Virus record (IMG/VR): IMGVR_UViG_3300044448_008243
Location: 8,088 to 72,087 of that record
DNA: 64,000 nucleotides
Origin: a virus
Taxonomy: Duplodnaviria; Caudoviricetes
Strand: one strand, 5' to 3'
Positions within the stretch are counted from its first letter, which is position 1. Each line of letters starts with the position of its first letter. The notes under the pieces are model-generated. The model worked only from the letters and a program-made list of their open reading frames with translations. It was not told the origin of the DNA and searched no databases. Shown piece after piece: positions 27,635 to 38,026 of the stretch. A program made the translations under genes and the position numbers.

Positions 27635-28307
27635 CACTGTTTTATTCGATTTTGTAAACACCATAGCTTTTTTGACACCCCGAAAAGAGGATATACTTAC
27701 AAAATATTGTAAAGAAAATAATTTAGAAGTAATATCTAGGCTGGATATATTAAGGTGTTATGCTGAATTAGATGGAGAGATGCCTTATAGTTCTGTAACT
27801 ATAAAAAAAGATAGTGAAAAAAGAAAATTCTACAATGAGTATAATAGGAAATTATTTAAAAAGCTTGGCATCCAAGGGCACAAAAAATTCTATGATTTTT
27901 ATCACTCCATAGAGAAAGAATGGACTCTAGATAGTAATGTGTATGAAGTGTTTAAATTTCTTAAAGAGAAAGAAGTAAGAATTGGAATTCTTTCTAATTT
28001 TGATGATAATTTAGAAAATATATTGTTAAAACTAAACATTTTGAACATGCTTGATTTTGTAGTGGTATCTGCAAAGGTTGGCTTAGAAAAACCAAACGTA
28101 GAATTTTACAATTATGCAAAAGCCAGATACAATATTGATACAAATAGTTCGATATACATAGGGGATAGTTATGAATTAGACTATGCTCCGTCAACAGAGT
28201 CAGGCTTTGTAAGTTTTTTAATTGACAGAGATGATGTTGTTGAAAAAAATATTAGAAAAATAAAAAATTTAAATGATCTAAAAAGAGAGGTTGATAATGC
28301 TGCATAA
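27627..28307 (+). CDS. HAD-superfamily hydrolase
   Basis: LFDFVNT, ILSNFD, EKP and IGDSYELDY. Confidence 0.88.
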   Translation: MIDTVLFDFVNTIAFLTPRKEDILTKYCKENNLEVISRLDILRCYAELDGEMPYSSVTIKKDSEKRKFYNEYNRKLFKKLGIQGHKKFYDFYHSIEKEWTLDSNVYEVFKFLKEKEVRIGILSNFDDNLENILLKLNILNMLDFVVVSAKVGLEKPNVEFYNYAKARYNIDTNSSIYIGDSYELDYAPSTESGFVSFLIDRDDVVEKNIRKIKNLNDLKREVDNAA

Positions 28308-28917
28308 CCCATATAAGGTAGTACAAATGTTTGAGGAAGAAGTTGCACATTATACGGGAGCACCCTATGCTGTATCTGTTAATAGTTGCACCAATGCTTT
28401 GTTTCTGGCTTGCAAATGGCATCAGGTGGAAGGGAGAGAAGTGATAATTCCTAAGCGAACCTACCTTTCTCCACCGCAATCCATCTTACAGGCGGGGGGT
28501 AAATTAATTTTCCAAGATATAGATTGGGAAGGCATTTACCAGCTTAAACCATTCCCAATCTATGATGCAGCAAAACGCCTGACATCTAACATGTATATTC
28601 CCGGCTCTATGATGTGCCTATCCTTTCATATCAAAAAACATTTAAAGATTGGAAAGGGTGGAATGATTTTACTTGATGATCCAGAAGCAGTAAAATGGTT
28701 AAAAGCTCGCAGGTATGAAGGCAGAACAGACGGAATGAAGTATCACGAAGATATGATCGATGAAGAAGGATGGAACATGTATATGACCCCGGAGCAGGCG
28801 GCTAGAGGACTCACTCTCATGCAGAACTACCCACAAAATATGCCTGACATTCCAGAAAGCCCTCCCTATAGAGATCTGACAGAATTTGAGTTGTTTCGAA
28901 ATACAGAGGTGAGATAA
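28297..28917 (+). CDS. DegT/DnrJ/EryC1/StrS-family PLP aminotransferase, short form
   Basis: AVSVNSCTNAL, YDAA and SFHIKKHL..GKGGM. About 206 aa; start corrected to 28297. Confidence 0.85.
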   Translation: MLHNPYKVVQMFEEEVAHYTGAPYAVSVNSCTNALFLACKWHQVEGREVIIPKRTYLSPPQSILQAGGKLIFQDIDWEGIYQLKPFPIYDAAKRLTSNMYIPGSMMCLSFHIKKHLKIGKGGMILLDDPEAVKWLKARRYEGRTDGMKYHEDMIDEEGWNMYMTPEQAARGLTLMQNYPQNMPDIPESPPYRDLTEFELFRNTEVR

Positions 28918-29775
28918 ATGGATTATTTAGAAGAATGGGACTTAGAGGAATGGAAAAAAGAACAAACTAGAAAATATGTTACAGACAAGGGGGATTATTA
29001 CGAAATGATAATTAATGACCCTCCACTAGCAGACCCGATAAAGATGTCTAAAAAAATTAAAGACTATTGGGGCTCTACAAGAGGGCTATACTTCTACGAA
29101 ATTCATTCTATGATTGCAAATCTTAGCAAAATGGTAACTGAAACAGAAAAAAGAAAGGATTTTAATGGAGAAATATTGTTTTTAGATATAGGGGCGAATA
29201 CAGGAAATTACTGTTTTCTAACTTATTACAAACCCAACATTAAATGTATCGCTTTTGAGCCGGGAGAAACAGTATATGAAATCTTGCAAGAAAATATAAA
29301 AATTAATAATTTAGAAAATAAAATAAAAGCTTACAATGTTGCCCTATGGAGCAAAACAGATTCCAAAAAATTAAAAATCGCTAAAGAGGGAAAAGATTCT
29401 GGATTATCTACATTGGCACCTAATCCCAAAAGATTTAATAGCGAAGGATTTTATGAGCAAGAAGTCAAATGTTGGTCTTTGGATGATTTCTTAGCAGCCA
29501 ATGAGGGTATTTTAGGCAACAATGTTATATCTGGGTGCAAAATAGATACAGAGGGAGCAGAGTTGGACATTCTAAAGGGATCGCAAGAGACTTTAAAAAA
29601 ATACAAACCATTTTTAATAATAGAATATGATCAAAAAAATACTGAGCAGTTTGGATATGATAAAGCAGACATTGTAAGATTTTTGGTATCCATAGGATAT
29701 ACAGATTTTTCTTTATCAGGATTTGATGGGAAAATAGATGGAGAACTGATGGCTTGGTTTACAGAGGAAGAATGA
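28918..29775 (+). CDS. FkbM-family SAM methyltransferase
   Basis: FLDIGANTG, AFEP and KIDTEGAE. Confidence 0.9.
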   Translation: MDYLEEWDLEEWKKEQTRKYVTDKGDYYEMIINDPPLADPIKMSKKIKDYWGSTRGLYFYEIHSMIANLSKMVTETEKRKDFNGEILFLDIGANTGNYCFLTYYKPNIKCIAFEPGETVYEILQENIKINNLENKIKAYNVALWSKTDSKKLKIAKEGKDSGLSTLAPNPKRFNSEGFYEQEVKCWSLDDFLAANEGILGNNVISGCKIDTEGAELDILKGSQETLKKYKPFLIIEYDQKNTEQFGYDKADIVRFLVSIGYTDFSLSGFDGKIDGELMAWFTEEE

Positions 29776-30653
29776 TAACTTTTTACGAATTAGGACAGTT
29801 GGGGAGATTGGGCAATCAACTATTTCAGTATGCTGCGCTAAAATCTCTAGGCTTGGAGAAGGGTTATGAGGTGATGATACCGAATCCTTCTACTAGAACT
29901 TGGCATGGTCAAGAATGTCTTTTAAATAACTTTAATATCAAATCATCTTATTTTAATCAAGGAGATTTAAACTTAATTAAGTACTCATATAGAGAACCTT
30001 CTCCTGAGCAGTTTGATAATAACTTCTTTAATATACCCGATAACACCAATATAACAGGCTTTTTCCAAAGCACAAAATATTTTAAAAATCATAAAGATAA
30101 ATTAATATCAGAGCTAACACCAAAAAAGCTTTTAGTGGACCAAGCCAAAGAAAAAATTGAAAAAATAAAAGAGGATAACAAAGGCTATGAAATAGTGTCT
30201 CTTCATATGAGACGTGGAGATAATACAGACAATACTGATCCTAATCAAGTTGTTTATAATAATTCATATGGGGGAAAACAACTAACAAGTGATAGTTTTT
30301 ATTATAAATATTTCCAAAACGCCACATCAGTATTTAAGAATAAAAAAGTAAAATTTCTTGTTTTTACTGGGGGCAAGCGTTGGCAAAGTAGCAATGTAGA
30401 AGATGTTCAATGGTGTAAGGATAATTTTAAAGGAGGAGATTTTCTTTTTTCTGAAAATAATTCACCCATTGAAGATTTTTGCTTGATTTCTTCGTGTGAT
30501 CATCATATACTATCACATATAAGTAGTTTTGGATGGTGGGCTGCATATATTGATCAAAAAGACAATTTAACAGTAGCACCGCTTAAATATGACCCGGAAA
30601 CAAGTTATAATCATCGTGACGGTTTTTACCCAAAAGAGTGGACATTGGTATGA
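29772..30653 (+). CDS. Alpha-1,2-fucosyltransferase-like protein (GT11)
   Basis: GRLGNQLFQYA, GFFQS, LHMRRGD and SSFGWWAAY. Start corrected to the ATGA overlap. Confidence 0.92.
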   Translation: MITFYELGQLGRLGNQLFQYAALKSLGLEKGYEVMIPNPSTRTWHGQECLLNNFNIKSSYFNQGDLNLIKYSYREPSPEQFDNNFFNIPDNTNITGFFQSTKYFKNHKDKLISELTPKKLLVDQAKEKIEKIKEDNKGYEIVSLHMRRGDNTDNTDPNQVVYNNSYGGKQLTSDSFYYKYFQNATSVFKNKKVKFLVFTGGKRWQSSNVEDVQWCKDNFKGGDFLFSENNSPIEDFCLISSCDHHILSHISSFGWWAAYIDQKDNLTVAPLKYDPETSYNHRDGFYPKEWTLV

Positions 30654-31645
30654 AATTAATTAAAAGCTTATCTCAAAACTATCCAGATTGTATAGTGACT
30701 CATTTTGATTATGAAAAGCATGTTTCCAACTATAGCGAAGATAAAGAAGTGTGTCTTTCAATTGGTTACGACTGTTTGTGGAACGAAAAAGTTCATAAAT
30801 ATATTGAGACATTTAAAAGAAAGATGTTTTTTAATGGAGAGCATCCGTGCTCTTACACACAAGATTTGAAGTATGGAACAAGAACATCTGGTCTGGCTGA
30901 TATATTTACAGATATTTATACAATTTGTCCCTACACGGCGCAATGGCTAAACGATAAATACAATGAAGGTACAAATAGATTTAAGCTTAGTCTATTTCCA
31001 ATAGATAAAGAAGCAGCACTAGCATACAACACAGATGAAAAAATATATGATTCTATTTTTTATGGTTCTATCTGTGGTAAAACACACGAAAATATTGTTA
31101 ATGAGATAAGCAAATTCAATTACAAATTCACAACAATAGGACACCAGCATTGGCATCCAAATGAGCCAGTTGACCTTCAAGGTCTTGCAGGCAAAGTAAC
31201 GGATGTAAACTTGACAACATTTCAAAAGTGGGATATTTTAAGTAAAACAAAGACTGTCCCCATTGTTAATCACATCTTTTTGCACGATAATCATATTAAT
31301 AATATTAAAAAATACGACGGTTGGGAAGATAATAGGGCTTTTTCAAACATTGAGGATCGAATTGCTTGCCAGCTTAAACCTAGAATAACTGAAGCAGGGA
31401 TGTTTAAGATGCTGATGTTAGTCAAGAAAGATCCATGGAATGCAATTGAATACTTCTACGAGCCAGAAAAAGAGTTTCTGTATTATGAAGAGGAAAAAGA
31501 ATTGCCGGATATGATTTCTGAAATAAGCAACAATTGGGAGAAATATAAACACATTGTGGAAAATGCCCATAGCAGAGCGATTAATAATTATACAACTGAG
31601 GCAGTCCTCAAAACAATGATGGAAAATAAAGAGGTTAAAAGATGA
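30650..31645 (+). CDS. Putative glycosyltransferase (CgeB/Glyco_trans_1_2-like C-terminus)
   Basis: KPRITEA...FYEPEKEFLYY...L pattern; island context. Confidence 0.55.
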   Translation: MKLIKSLSQNYPDCIVTHFDYEKHVSNYSEDKEVCLSIGYDCLWNEKVHKYIETFKRKMFFNGEHPCSYTQDLKYGTRTSGLADIFTDIYTICPYTAQWLNDKYNEGTNRFKLSLFPIDKEAALAYNTDEKIYDSIFYGSICGKTHENIVNEISKFNYKFTTIGHQHWHPNEPVDLQGLAGKVTDVNLTTFQKWDILSKTKTVPIVNHIFLHDNHINNIKKYDGWEDNRAFSNIEDRIACQLKPRITEAGMFKMLMLVKKDPWNAIEYFYEPEKEFLYYEEEKELPDMISEISNNWEKYKHIVENAHSRAINNYTTEAVLKTMMENKEVKR

Positions 31646-32574
31646 GTTTTTGGAAAGGCAAAAAAGTTTTAGTTACAGGCGCTCATGGTTTTGTTGGCAA
31701 CAATTTGATGAAATTGTTGAAAGAAAAAGATTGTAAAATTTTAGCACCAACAAGTAAACAATTGGATTTGACAAAAGAGGAGCAAGTCAAAAATTACTTC
31801 TTCTCACACAAGCCAGATATTGTTTTGCACCTTGCTGGCAAGGTCGGAGGCATCGCTGCCAATAAAGCCGCTCCCGGAGAATTCTTTTATAAAAACATTA
31901 CTATGGGCACTCTTGTTATGGAATATGCCAGATTAGCCGGATGTGACAAAGTTGTGGCACTAGCTGCTGGTTGTGGTTATCCAAAGCACCTCCCGGTTCC
32001 CTATACAGAGGAAGATTTTTGGAAAGATCTCCCCGATGAAAATTCTATTGGTTATTCAATGGCAAAGAAAAATCTTATCATTCAGTCTTGGACCTATAGA
32101 GAGCAGTATGGGTTTAATTCTGTGGTACTATTACCAGCCAATTTGTATGGACCATACGATAACTTTGATTTAGAAACATCGCATGTTGTTCCTGCTTTAA
32201 TTAGGAAGTTTCTAGAGGCTAAGGAAAGGGGCGATAAACAGGTGGAGGTCTGGGGTACCGGCGTTGCATCTAGAGAATTTCTATATTCTATAGACACAGC
32301 TCAGGCTATAATAGATATGGCTGAAAAGGTAAACGAAAGTGGACCTTTTAATCTTGGAACTGGAGTCGAAACAACAATTAGGGAGTTGGTGGAAACAATT
32401 AAAGATTTAACTGGCTTTGGGGGGAAAATTGTTTGGGACACCTCTAGACCAGATGGTCAGCCAAGAAGGTTTTATGATATGGCTAAATTCAAAAACGCTT
32501 TGGGATATGTCCCTTCGACCTCATTAAGGGACGGTCTTGTAGATACGATTGATTGGTACGGAGAAAATAGATAA
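31642..32574 (+). CDS. fcl: GDP-L-fucose synthase-like NAD(P)-dependent epimerase/reductase
   Basis: TGAHGFVG, HLAGKVGGI, YSMAK, PANLYGPYDNF, SHVVPALIRKF and WGTG..SREFL. Confidence 0.9.
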   Translation: MSFWKGKKVLVTGAHGFVGNNLMKLLKEKDCKILAPTSKQLDLTKEEQVKNYFFSHKPDIVLHLAGKVGGIAANKAAPGEFFYKNITMGTLVMEYARLAGCDKVVALAAGCGYPKHLPVPYTEEDFWKDLPDENSIGYSMAKKNLIIQSWTYREQYGFNSVVLLPANLYGPYDNFDLETSHVVPALIRKFLEAKERGDKQVEVWGTGVASREFLYSIDTAQAIIDMAEKVNESGPFNLGTGVETTIRELVETIKDLTGFGGKIVWDTSRPDGQPRRFYDMAKFKNALGYVPSTSLRDGLVDTIDWYGENR

Positions 32575-33542
32575 TGTCCTTCACTATATTAATTCAGGGT
32601 CCTTTGAATGAAATATCATTAAAAAATATAAATAATTATTTAAAATTTGGCAAAGTTGTTATATCTCACTGGTACGAAGACGATACTTCTTTGTTAGAGT
32701 TGATAGACCCATCACACCTTGACTCTAAAAGCGTTGCTGTTTGTGGTCAGTACATGCCATCAATGGAAGAGTGGGAGCCAACTTGGTACGGGGACGCTTT
32801 AAGTCGATCAACATTTCCTTGGGCAGTAAAGTCAACATACTACGGACTGCAAAATGTTGACACAGAATTTGTAATCAAAGTCAGAAGCGATGAAATGTTT
32901 GAAGATTTAAATCCAATTATAGATTTATTTTTAGAAAGCAAAAAAATGGTTTTTGGAAATATATATGCATACAAATTTAATAGTGATCCTTACAAGCTTG
33001 GAGATCATATTTTTGTTGACTATACGGATAAGCTTGTAAAGGCTTATGAAAAAATAATCGAATCAGACGAGTTCAGATATCCAACGTATTGCGCGGAACA
33101 TATTCTGATGATAAACTATATGAGAGCAAACTATGGTCATATGTCTGGAGATATATTTGAACATAGAGGGGGCTATCCTTTTTATGAAAAAGGTGACTTG
33201 AATTTTTCATATCTCTCCGAAGCCTCCCCGATACCCACCGCCAAAGATACAACTTATAGCTATGAGAGAAACGTTGGGAGTGTGATAACAACTGTGACAA
33301 GTGATGAACTTTATTCTCGCCAAGGTCCAAAAAGCTTCCCGGCCGGTAAGCCTGTCCATCAGAGAAGTGGAGAAGAGATGGAATCTCAACTTTATTTTTG
33401 TAAAATGGCATTTGAATGCATTGACCTTAATTTGCTTAAAGACTTTATTTTATGTCCTAGAGAAAATAATTTTAGCTCAAAAGAAAAAGGCTACTGGGAT
33501 TCTCCCGGAGTGGTTAAAAATACAAAGGAGTTCTTTTCATGA
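32574..33542 (+). CDS. WavE lipopolysaccharide-synthesis-like protein
   Basis: ILIQGP, VVISHW, STYYGL and IKVRSD. Confidence 0.7.
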   Translation: MSFTILIQGPLNEISLKNINNYLKFGKVVISHWYEDDTSLLELIDPSHLDSKSVAVCGQYMPSMEEWEPTWYGDALSRSTFPWAVKSTYYGLQNVDTEFVIKVRSDEMFEDLNPIIDLFLESKKMVFGNIYAYKFNSDPYKLGDHIFVDYTDKLVKAYEKIIESDEFRYPTYCAEHILMINYMRANYGHMSGDIFEHRGGYPFYEKGDLNFSYLSEASPIPTAKDTTYSYERNVGSVITTVTSDELYSRQGPKSFPAGKPVHQRSGEEMESQLYFCKMAFECIDLNLLKDFILCPRENNFSSKEKGYWDSPGVVKNTKEFFS

Positions 33543-34081
33543 TAGATATGTTAGTTTTAGATGTAGATGGTGTTCTCACCGATGGCACAAAAGTATATGA
33601 CTCAGACCATAACGTGCTCAGTAAAAAGTTTTTTTGTAAAGACTTTACCGCAATAAAAAGGTTTATCGCCGCTGGCGTAAAGGTGATTATGATATCTGGC
33701 GATAATTTTAATTCAACCATGGCTAATAAACGAAATATAGATTTTTATTGTTCAAGGGGCACCGATCTTAGTTTGGATAAGTCTAGGTTTTTAGATATGT
33801 TTGAAGAAAAATATGGTGTAAAAAAAGAAAAGATGGCATTTGTTGGAGATGACTATTTTGATCTATCCATGTTCAAAGCCCTTGATGTAACTTTCTGCCC
33901 ATCAGATGCTCCAAATACTATTAAACAAAACGCATCTTATGTGCTAGACTCTAGAGGTGGAACAGGGGTTCTTGTAGAGCTTTATGACTTCTTTTCAAAA
34001 ATGTCTTGGATCACTGACGCAGACGAAGAAGCAGTAGCAAATTTAGATAAACTAGAAGCCACCAGCGGAGAAATGAAATAG
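33539..34081 (+). CDS. KdsC-like HAD phosphatase (sugar-phosphate phosphatase)
   Basis: LDVDGVLTDG, AFVGDDYFD and GGTGVLVE. Confidence 0.88.
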   Translation: MIDMLVLDVDGVLTDGTKVYDSDHNVLSKKFFCKDFTAIKRFIAAGVKVIMISGDNFNSTMANKRNIDFYCSRGTDLSLDKSRFLDMFEEKYGVKKEKMAFVGDDYFDLSMFKALDVTFCPSDAPNTIKQNASYVLDSRGGTGVLVELYDFFSKMSWITDADEEAVANLDKLEATSGEMK

Positions 34082-34768
34082 ATGCAGACTTATGACTTGG
34101 CGCTCTATGGTCATATTACGATTGATCAAATGATAAACGAAAAGTTTGAGAAAAGTTATAGTCTTGGAGCGATGGCTAATGTTTGGAGTGCGCTAAAAGA
34201 AGTGGATTCGAACCTGTCCGTGGATCTTAATCCTACTGCAATCGGTGAAGCAATTATTTTAATTAATGAAAAGCAAGGTGTCCGTTTAGGTAGGGGAAAT
34301 TTAAATTTGAGAACCTGCGAAAACATAAGCCTCTCTAACGCTGGGTGGCACCATGTTATGTATATAAATAAGTTGAAAAATACAGATTTTGTCAAAGATA
34401 TTAACGGAACAGTATCAGCAGATATAACTTCGGGACCCATAAAAGATTTAGAAATATTAAAATATATTGATTATCTTTTTATATCAGATGAAGATTTATC
34501 AGTTAGTTTGGAAGATTTGGTTAAAAATGTCAAAGGGTTTGTCGTTCTACATTACCCAGCCGGAAGTATAATTGCGAACGGCGAAAAAGAAATTAAAAGC
34601 AGCACAAAAGTTATAGAAAATTTAAATGTTCTTGGGGCAGGAGATACTTTTGCAGCTTGTTTTATTGACCACAAGATACAAAACCCGTCTGCCACACTCG
34701 AAGAAAATGCAAAATATGCCCATCTTATGACAGAGAAAATATTAGTTAGTAGGAGAGATAATGAGTAA
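34082..34768 (+). CDS. PfkB/ribokinase-family carbohydrate kinase
   Basis: NVLGAGDTF anion-hole motif. Confidence 0.82.
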   Translation: MQTYDLALYGHITIDQMINEKFEKSYSLGAMANVWSALKEVDSNLSVDLNPTAIGEAIILINEKQGVRLGRGNLNLRTCENISLSNAGWHHVMYINKLKNTDFVKDINGTVSADITSGPIKDLEILKYIDYLFISDEDLSVSLEDLVKNVKGFVVLHYPAGSIIANGEKEIKSSTKVIENLNVLGAGDTFAACFIDHKIQNPSATLEENAKYAHLMTEKILVSRRDNE

Positions 34769-35492
34769 AGTAAATATACTTTTGCCTATCGCCGGTAGAG
34801 CACAAAGATTTGTTGATGATGGATACAATACGCCAAAGCCTTTGATATATGTTGATGAAAAACACATGATCGAAAGAGCTTTGGAGTCTGTTAATACTGA
34901 ATCAGCACATTATATTTTTATTGTAAGAAAAGAACATATTGAACAATATGAAATCGATAAAAAATTGTCTGATATTTTTGGCAAAGACATCGATGTTGTT
35001 GTAGTTGATAAGGTAACTCAAGGTGCAGCCTGTTCCTGCTTGTTAGCAGAAGAGTTAATTGATAATGAAGATCCACTTGTAATTTTTACACCCGATTGTT
35101 TTTTTGAGCCTAAATTTGATCCACATTCAGTCCCAGAAAAATATGATGGAATGGTAGGAGTCTTTAAATCCTCCAGTGATGCACATAGCTATGTGGCAAC
35201 TGATGAAGAGGGGTATGTTACAAAAGCTGCTGAAAAAGAAGTTATAAGTGAAGATGCTGTTGGTGGTCTTTATTATTATAGAAAAGGAAGTGACTTTGTA
35301 AAGTATTCCAAAATGATGATAGAAAGGGAATTAAAGATTAAGAACGAATATTACATTTGCCCCGTTTATAATCTATTGATAGAAGATGGAAAAAAGGTTG
35401 GCATTGATTGCCAAGACAGGCACGTTGTTTTAGGTACACCTAGAGATTTGAGGAGATATATTATGGAGGTTAGCAATGGCTCACAAAGCTGA
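34761..35492 (+). CDS. Sugar-phosphate nucleotidyltransferase (NTP_transferase family)
   Basis: LPIAGRAQRF, PKPLI, TQGAACS, GLYYYRKG, NEYYICPVYN and LGTP. Confidence 0.88.
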   Translation: MSKVNILLPIAGRAQRFVDDGYNTPKPLIYVDEKHMIERALESVNTESAHYIFIVRKEHIEQYEIDKKLSDIFGKDIDVVVVDKVTQGAACSCLLAEELIDNEDPLVIFTPDCFFEPKFDPHSVPEKYDGMVGVFKSSSDAHSYVATDEEGYVTKAAEKEVISEDAVGGLYYYRKGSDFVKYSKMMIERELKIKNEYYICPVYNLLIEDGKKVGIDCQDRHVVLGTPRDLRRYIMEVSNGSQS

Positions 35493-36126
35493 TAAAGAAT
35501 TAAAAAAGAGACTTTTAAAATTGTTGTATGATCATAACGAGGAGCATGTAGGAAGTTGCTTTACATGCATTGATATGATTGACGGCATATATAAAAAAAT
35601 GGATAAAGATGATGTCTTTATTTTATCAAATGGTCATGCTGCATATGCTCTATATGTTATTTTGGAAAAATATTATGATCATGTTGATGCTGATAATCTC
35701 GTTGAGAAGCATGGTGGGCACCCTAACTTAGATTTAGAAAATCACATAGATTGTTCGACTGGCAGTTTGGGGCTGGGAATCGCCGTAGCAGTGGGAAGAG
35801 CAGCGGCAAATCCAGATAAAAAAGTTTATGTTACCATAACCGATGGAGAGTGTGCTGAAGGAATTGTTTGGGAAAGCCTCAGATATATTAAAGTTGCAGG
35901 TCTTAAAAACATAGAGGTCCATGTCAATGCTAACGGCTGGGCTTGTTATGACCCAATTGATGTAGATTATTTGGAGCAAAGGTGTAAGGCATTTTTACCA
36001 GATATTGTTTTTCATAGAACAGAAGTTGAGCAGTTCCCGTTCCTTGTTGGGCTCGATGCTCACTATATGAAATTAACTGAGGAAGATTATAAACTAGGAT
36101 TGGAGATATTAGAAAATGAGTGTTAG
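35476..36126 (+). CDS. Transketolase-like N-terminal (TPP-binding) subunit
   Basis: HVGS, FILSNGHA, GHP, STGSLGLG and DGECAEG...N. Confidence 0.9.
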   Translation: MAHKADKELKKRLLKLLYDHNEEHVGSCFTCIDMIDGIYKKMDKDDVFILSNGHAAYALYVILEKYYDHVDADNLVEKHGGHPNLDLENHIDCSTGSLGLGIAVAVGRAAANPDKKVYVTITDGECAEGIVWESLRYIKVAGLKNIEVHVNANGWACYDPIDVDYLEQRCKAFLPDIVFHRTEVEQFPFLVGLDAHYMKLTEEDYKLGLEILENEC

Positions 36127-36598
36127 AAAAACTTTTGTTTCTCTTTTGCATGAAGAGATGAGAAAAAATGAAGATATTGTTTTGATTGCGGGTGATTTGG
36201 GCTATAAGCATTTTGATGATTTGAGGGACGAATTCCCAGACAGATTTTTCAATCCGGGTGCTGCGGAACAACTTTTGGTTTCCATGGGAGTCGGTATGGC
36301 TCTTGAGGGAAAAATTCCTATCTGTTATTCAATGACTCCCTTTTTAATTTATCGACCATTTGAGGTTATTAGAAATTACCTAGAGAGAGATCAGATACCT
36401 GTAAAATTGTGCGGTGCAGGAAGGGACAAGGATTATGACTGGCTAGGATGGTCTCATTGGGCTGTGGACGACAGAGCCCATATGAGTGGCTTTGAAAACA
36501 TCGTTAAAATTTGGCCAGAAGATGCACAAGAAACACAAGCACTTTTTAATCAAATTATTTATGATAAAAAACCATACTATGTAAATTTGTCACGATAA
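36116..36598 (+). CDS. Transketolase-like pyrimidine-binding subunit (no C-terminal domain)
   Basis: GDLG, FPDRFFNPGAAEQ and GWSHWAVDD. Confidence 0.9.
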   Translation: MSVRKTFVSLLHEEMRKNEDIVLIAGDLGYKHFDDLRDEFPDRFFNPGAAEQLLVSMGVGMALEGKIPICYSMTPFLIYRPFEVIRNYLERDQIPVKLCGAGRDKDYDWLGWSHWAVDDRAHMSGFENIVKIWPEDAQETQALFNQIIYDKKPYYVNLSR

Positions 36599-36599
36599 A

Positions 36600-37040
36600 A
36601 TGATAAAAATAGCACACAGAGGCAACACAGAGGGTCCAAAGCCGTCATTAGAAAATAGCCCTTCCCACATAAATTCAGCTCTACAAAAAGGATACAATGT
36701 CGAAATAGATGTATGGTATGTGGGCGGCTCTTTGTTTTTGGGGCACGACAAGCCAGACCACAAAGTTTCAATTGAATATTTGAAAAACGATAAATTCTGG
36801 TGTCACTGCAAAAACATAGAAGCATTAAAAATATTACTCTCTAATGATATCAGGTGTTTTTTTCATGATAGCGACGAGGCTACACTAACTAGTGACAATT
36901 ATATCTGGACTTATTCTGGAAAAGAAATAACTTCAAAGTCAATTTGTGTAATGCCCGAAAAAGACAATTGGAAAATTCCTCAGATCGCCGCTGGCGTTTG
37001 TAGTGATTATGTTGATAACATAGGAGAGATCATAGGATGA
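36600..37040 (+). CDS. Glycerophosphodiester-phosphodiesterase-like protein
   Basis: IAHRGN, VEIDVW, LGHD and WCHCKN. Confidence 0.75.
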   Translation: MIKIAHRGNTEGPKPSLENSPSHINSALQKGYNVEIDVWYVGGSLFLGHDKPDHKVSIEYLKNDKFWCHCKNIEALKILLSNDIRCFFHDSDEATLTSDNYIWTYSGKEITSKSICVMPEKDNWKIPQIAAGVCSDYVDNIGEIIG

Positions 37041-38026
37041 GTTTTTGGAAAGATAAAAAAGTTATGGTTACAGGAGGAGCGGGTTTGATTGGATCCGCTC
37101 TTTCTGCTAATTTGGTTAAGTGTGGATCAAAGGTTACAATTGTTGATAATTTTGAGAGGGGCAAGTTTGATTACATAGTTGATATCATGGACGATTGCAT
37201 TGTCAAAAACGCCGACTTAAGAGAAGCGAGATTTTGTGACCTGTATATAAAAGATTACGATATTGTTATTCATATGGCTTCCAAGGTCGGCGGCATTGGA
37301 TATTACACTTCGCGTCCATATGAGGTTATGAGTGAGAATTTAAAAATGGATTCCAATGTTTTATCAGCATGTGTAAAAAATAATATCCCAATGTTTTTCT
37401 ATGCCAGTAGCGCCCATGTGTACCCAAAAGAATTACAAGGAACACCAGACTCGCCGCTTATTAGAGAGGAACAAGCGGAACCTGCCAATCCAGAGTTATC
37501 TTATGGGTGGGCTAAACTAATCACAGAAAAGCAAATTGAAGCAGCGGTCCAGCAAAGTTCAAATTTTAAAGCAGCGATTGCAAGATATATTGGAATATAC
37601 GGTAAAAACCAAGACTTTGGTTTAGATACGGGCTCTGTAATTCCAGTATTTTGTAACCGAGCTATAAACCACCCGGATGTAGAATTTAATGTTTGGGGCA
37701 ATGGAAAAGAAACTCGTTCCTATTGTTTTATAGAAGATGCCATTGAGGGCACCAAAGCAATGATTGAGGCAATGGATTCCAAAAACATGGTCGGACCATA
37801 TAATCTTGGCAAACAAGAAAGGGTCTCAATCGGAGAAATAGCAGAAAAAGTTATTGCAATTTCTGATAAAAACATTATAATAAACTTTGACACATCTAAA
37901 GAAACTCTTATTTGGGGTCAATGGTGTGATTGTAGTAAAATCAAAAATGACTTAGGCTGGGAAGCTACAACCAGCTTAGAAGATGGACTAAAGGTGGTGT
38001 ACGAAGATGTCAAATCAAGAATCTAG
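37037..38026 (+). CDS. NAD-dependent epimerase (GDP-mannose 3,5-epimerase-like)
   Basis: TGGAGLIG, HMASKVGGIG, YGWAK and WGNGKETRSY. Confidence 0.9.
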   Translation: MSFWKDKKVMVTGGAGLIGSALSANLVKCGSKVTIVDNFERGKFDYIVDIMDDCIVKNADLREARFCDLYIKDYDIVIHMASKVGGIGYYTSRPYEVMSENLKMDSNVLSACVKNNIPMFFYASSAHVYPKELQGTPDSPLIREEQAEPANPELSYGWAKLITEKQIEAAVQQSSNFKAAIARYIGIYGKNQDFGLDTGSVIPVFCNRAINHPDVEFNVWGNGKETRSYCFIEDAIEGTKAMIEAMDSKNMVGPYNLGKQERVSIGEIAEKVIAISDKNIIINFDTSKETLIWGQWCDCSKIKNDLGWEATTSLEDGLKVVYEDVKSRI

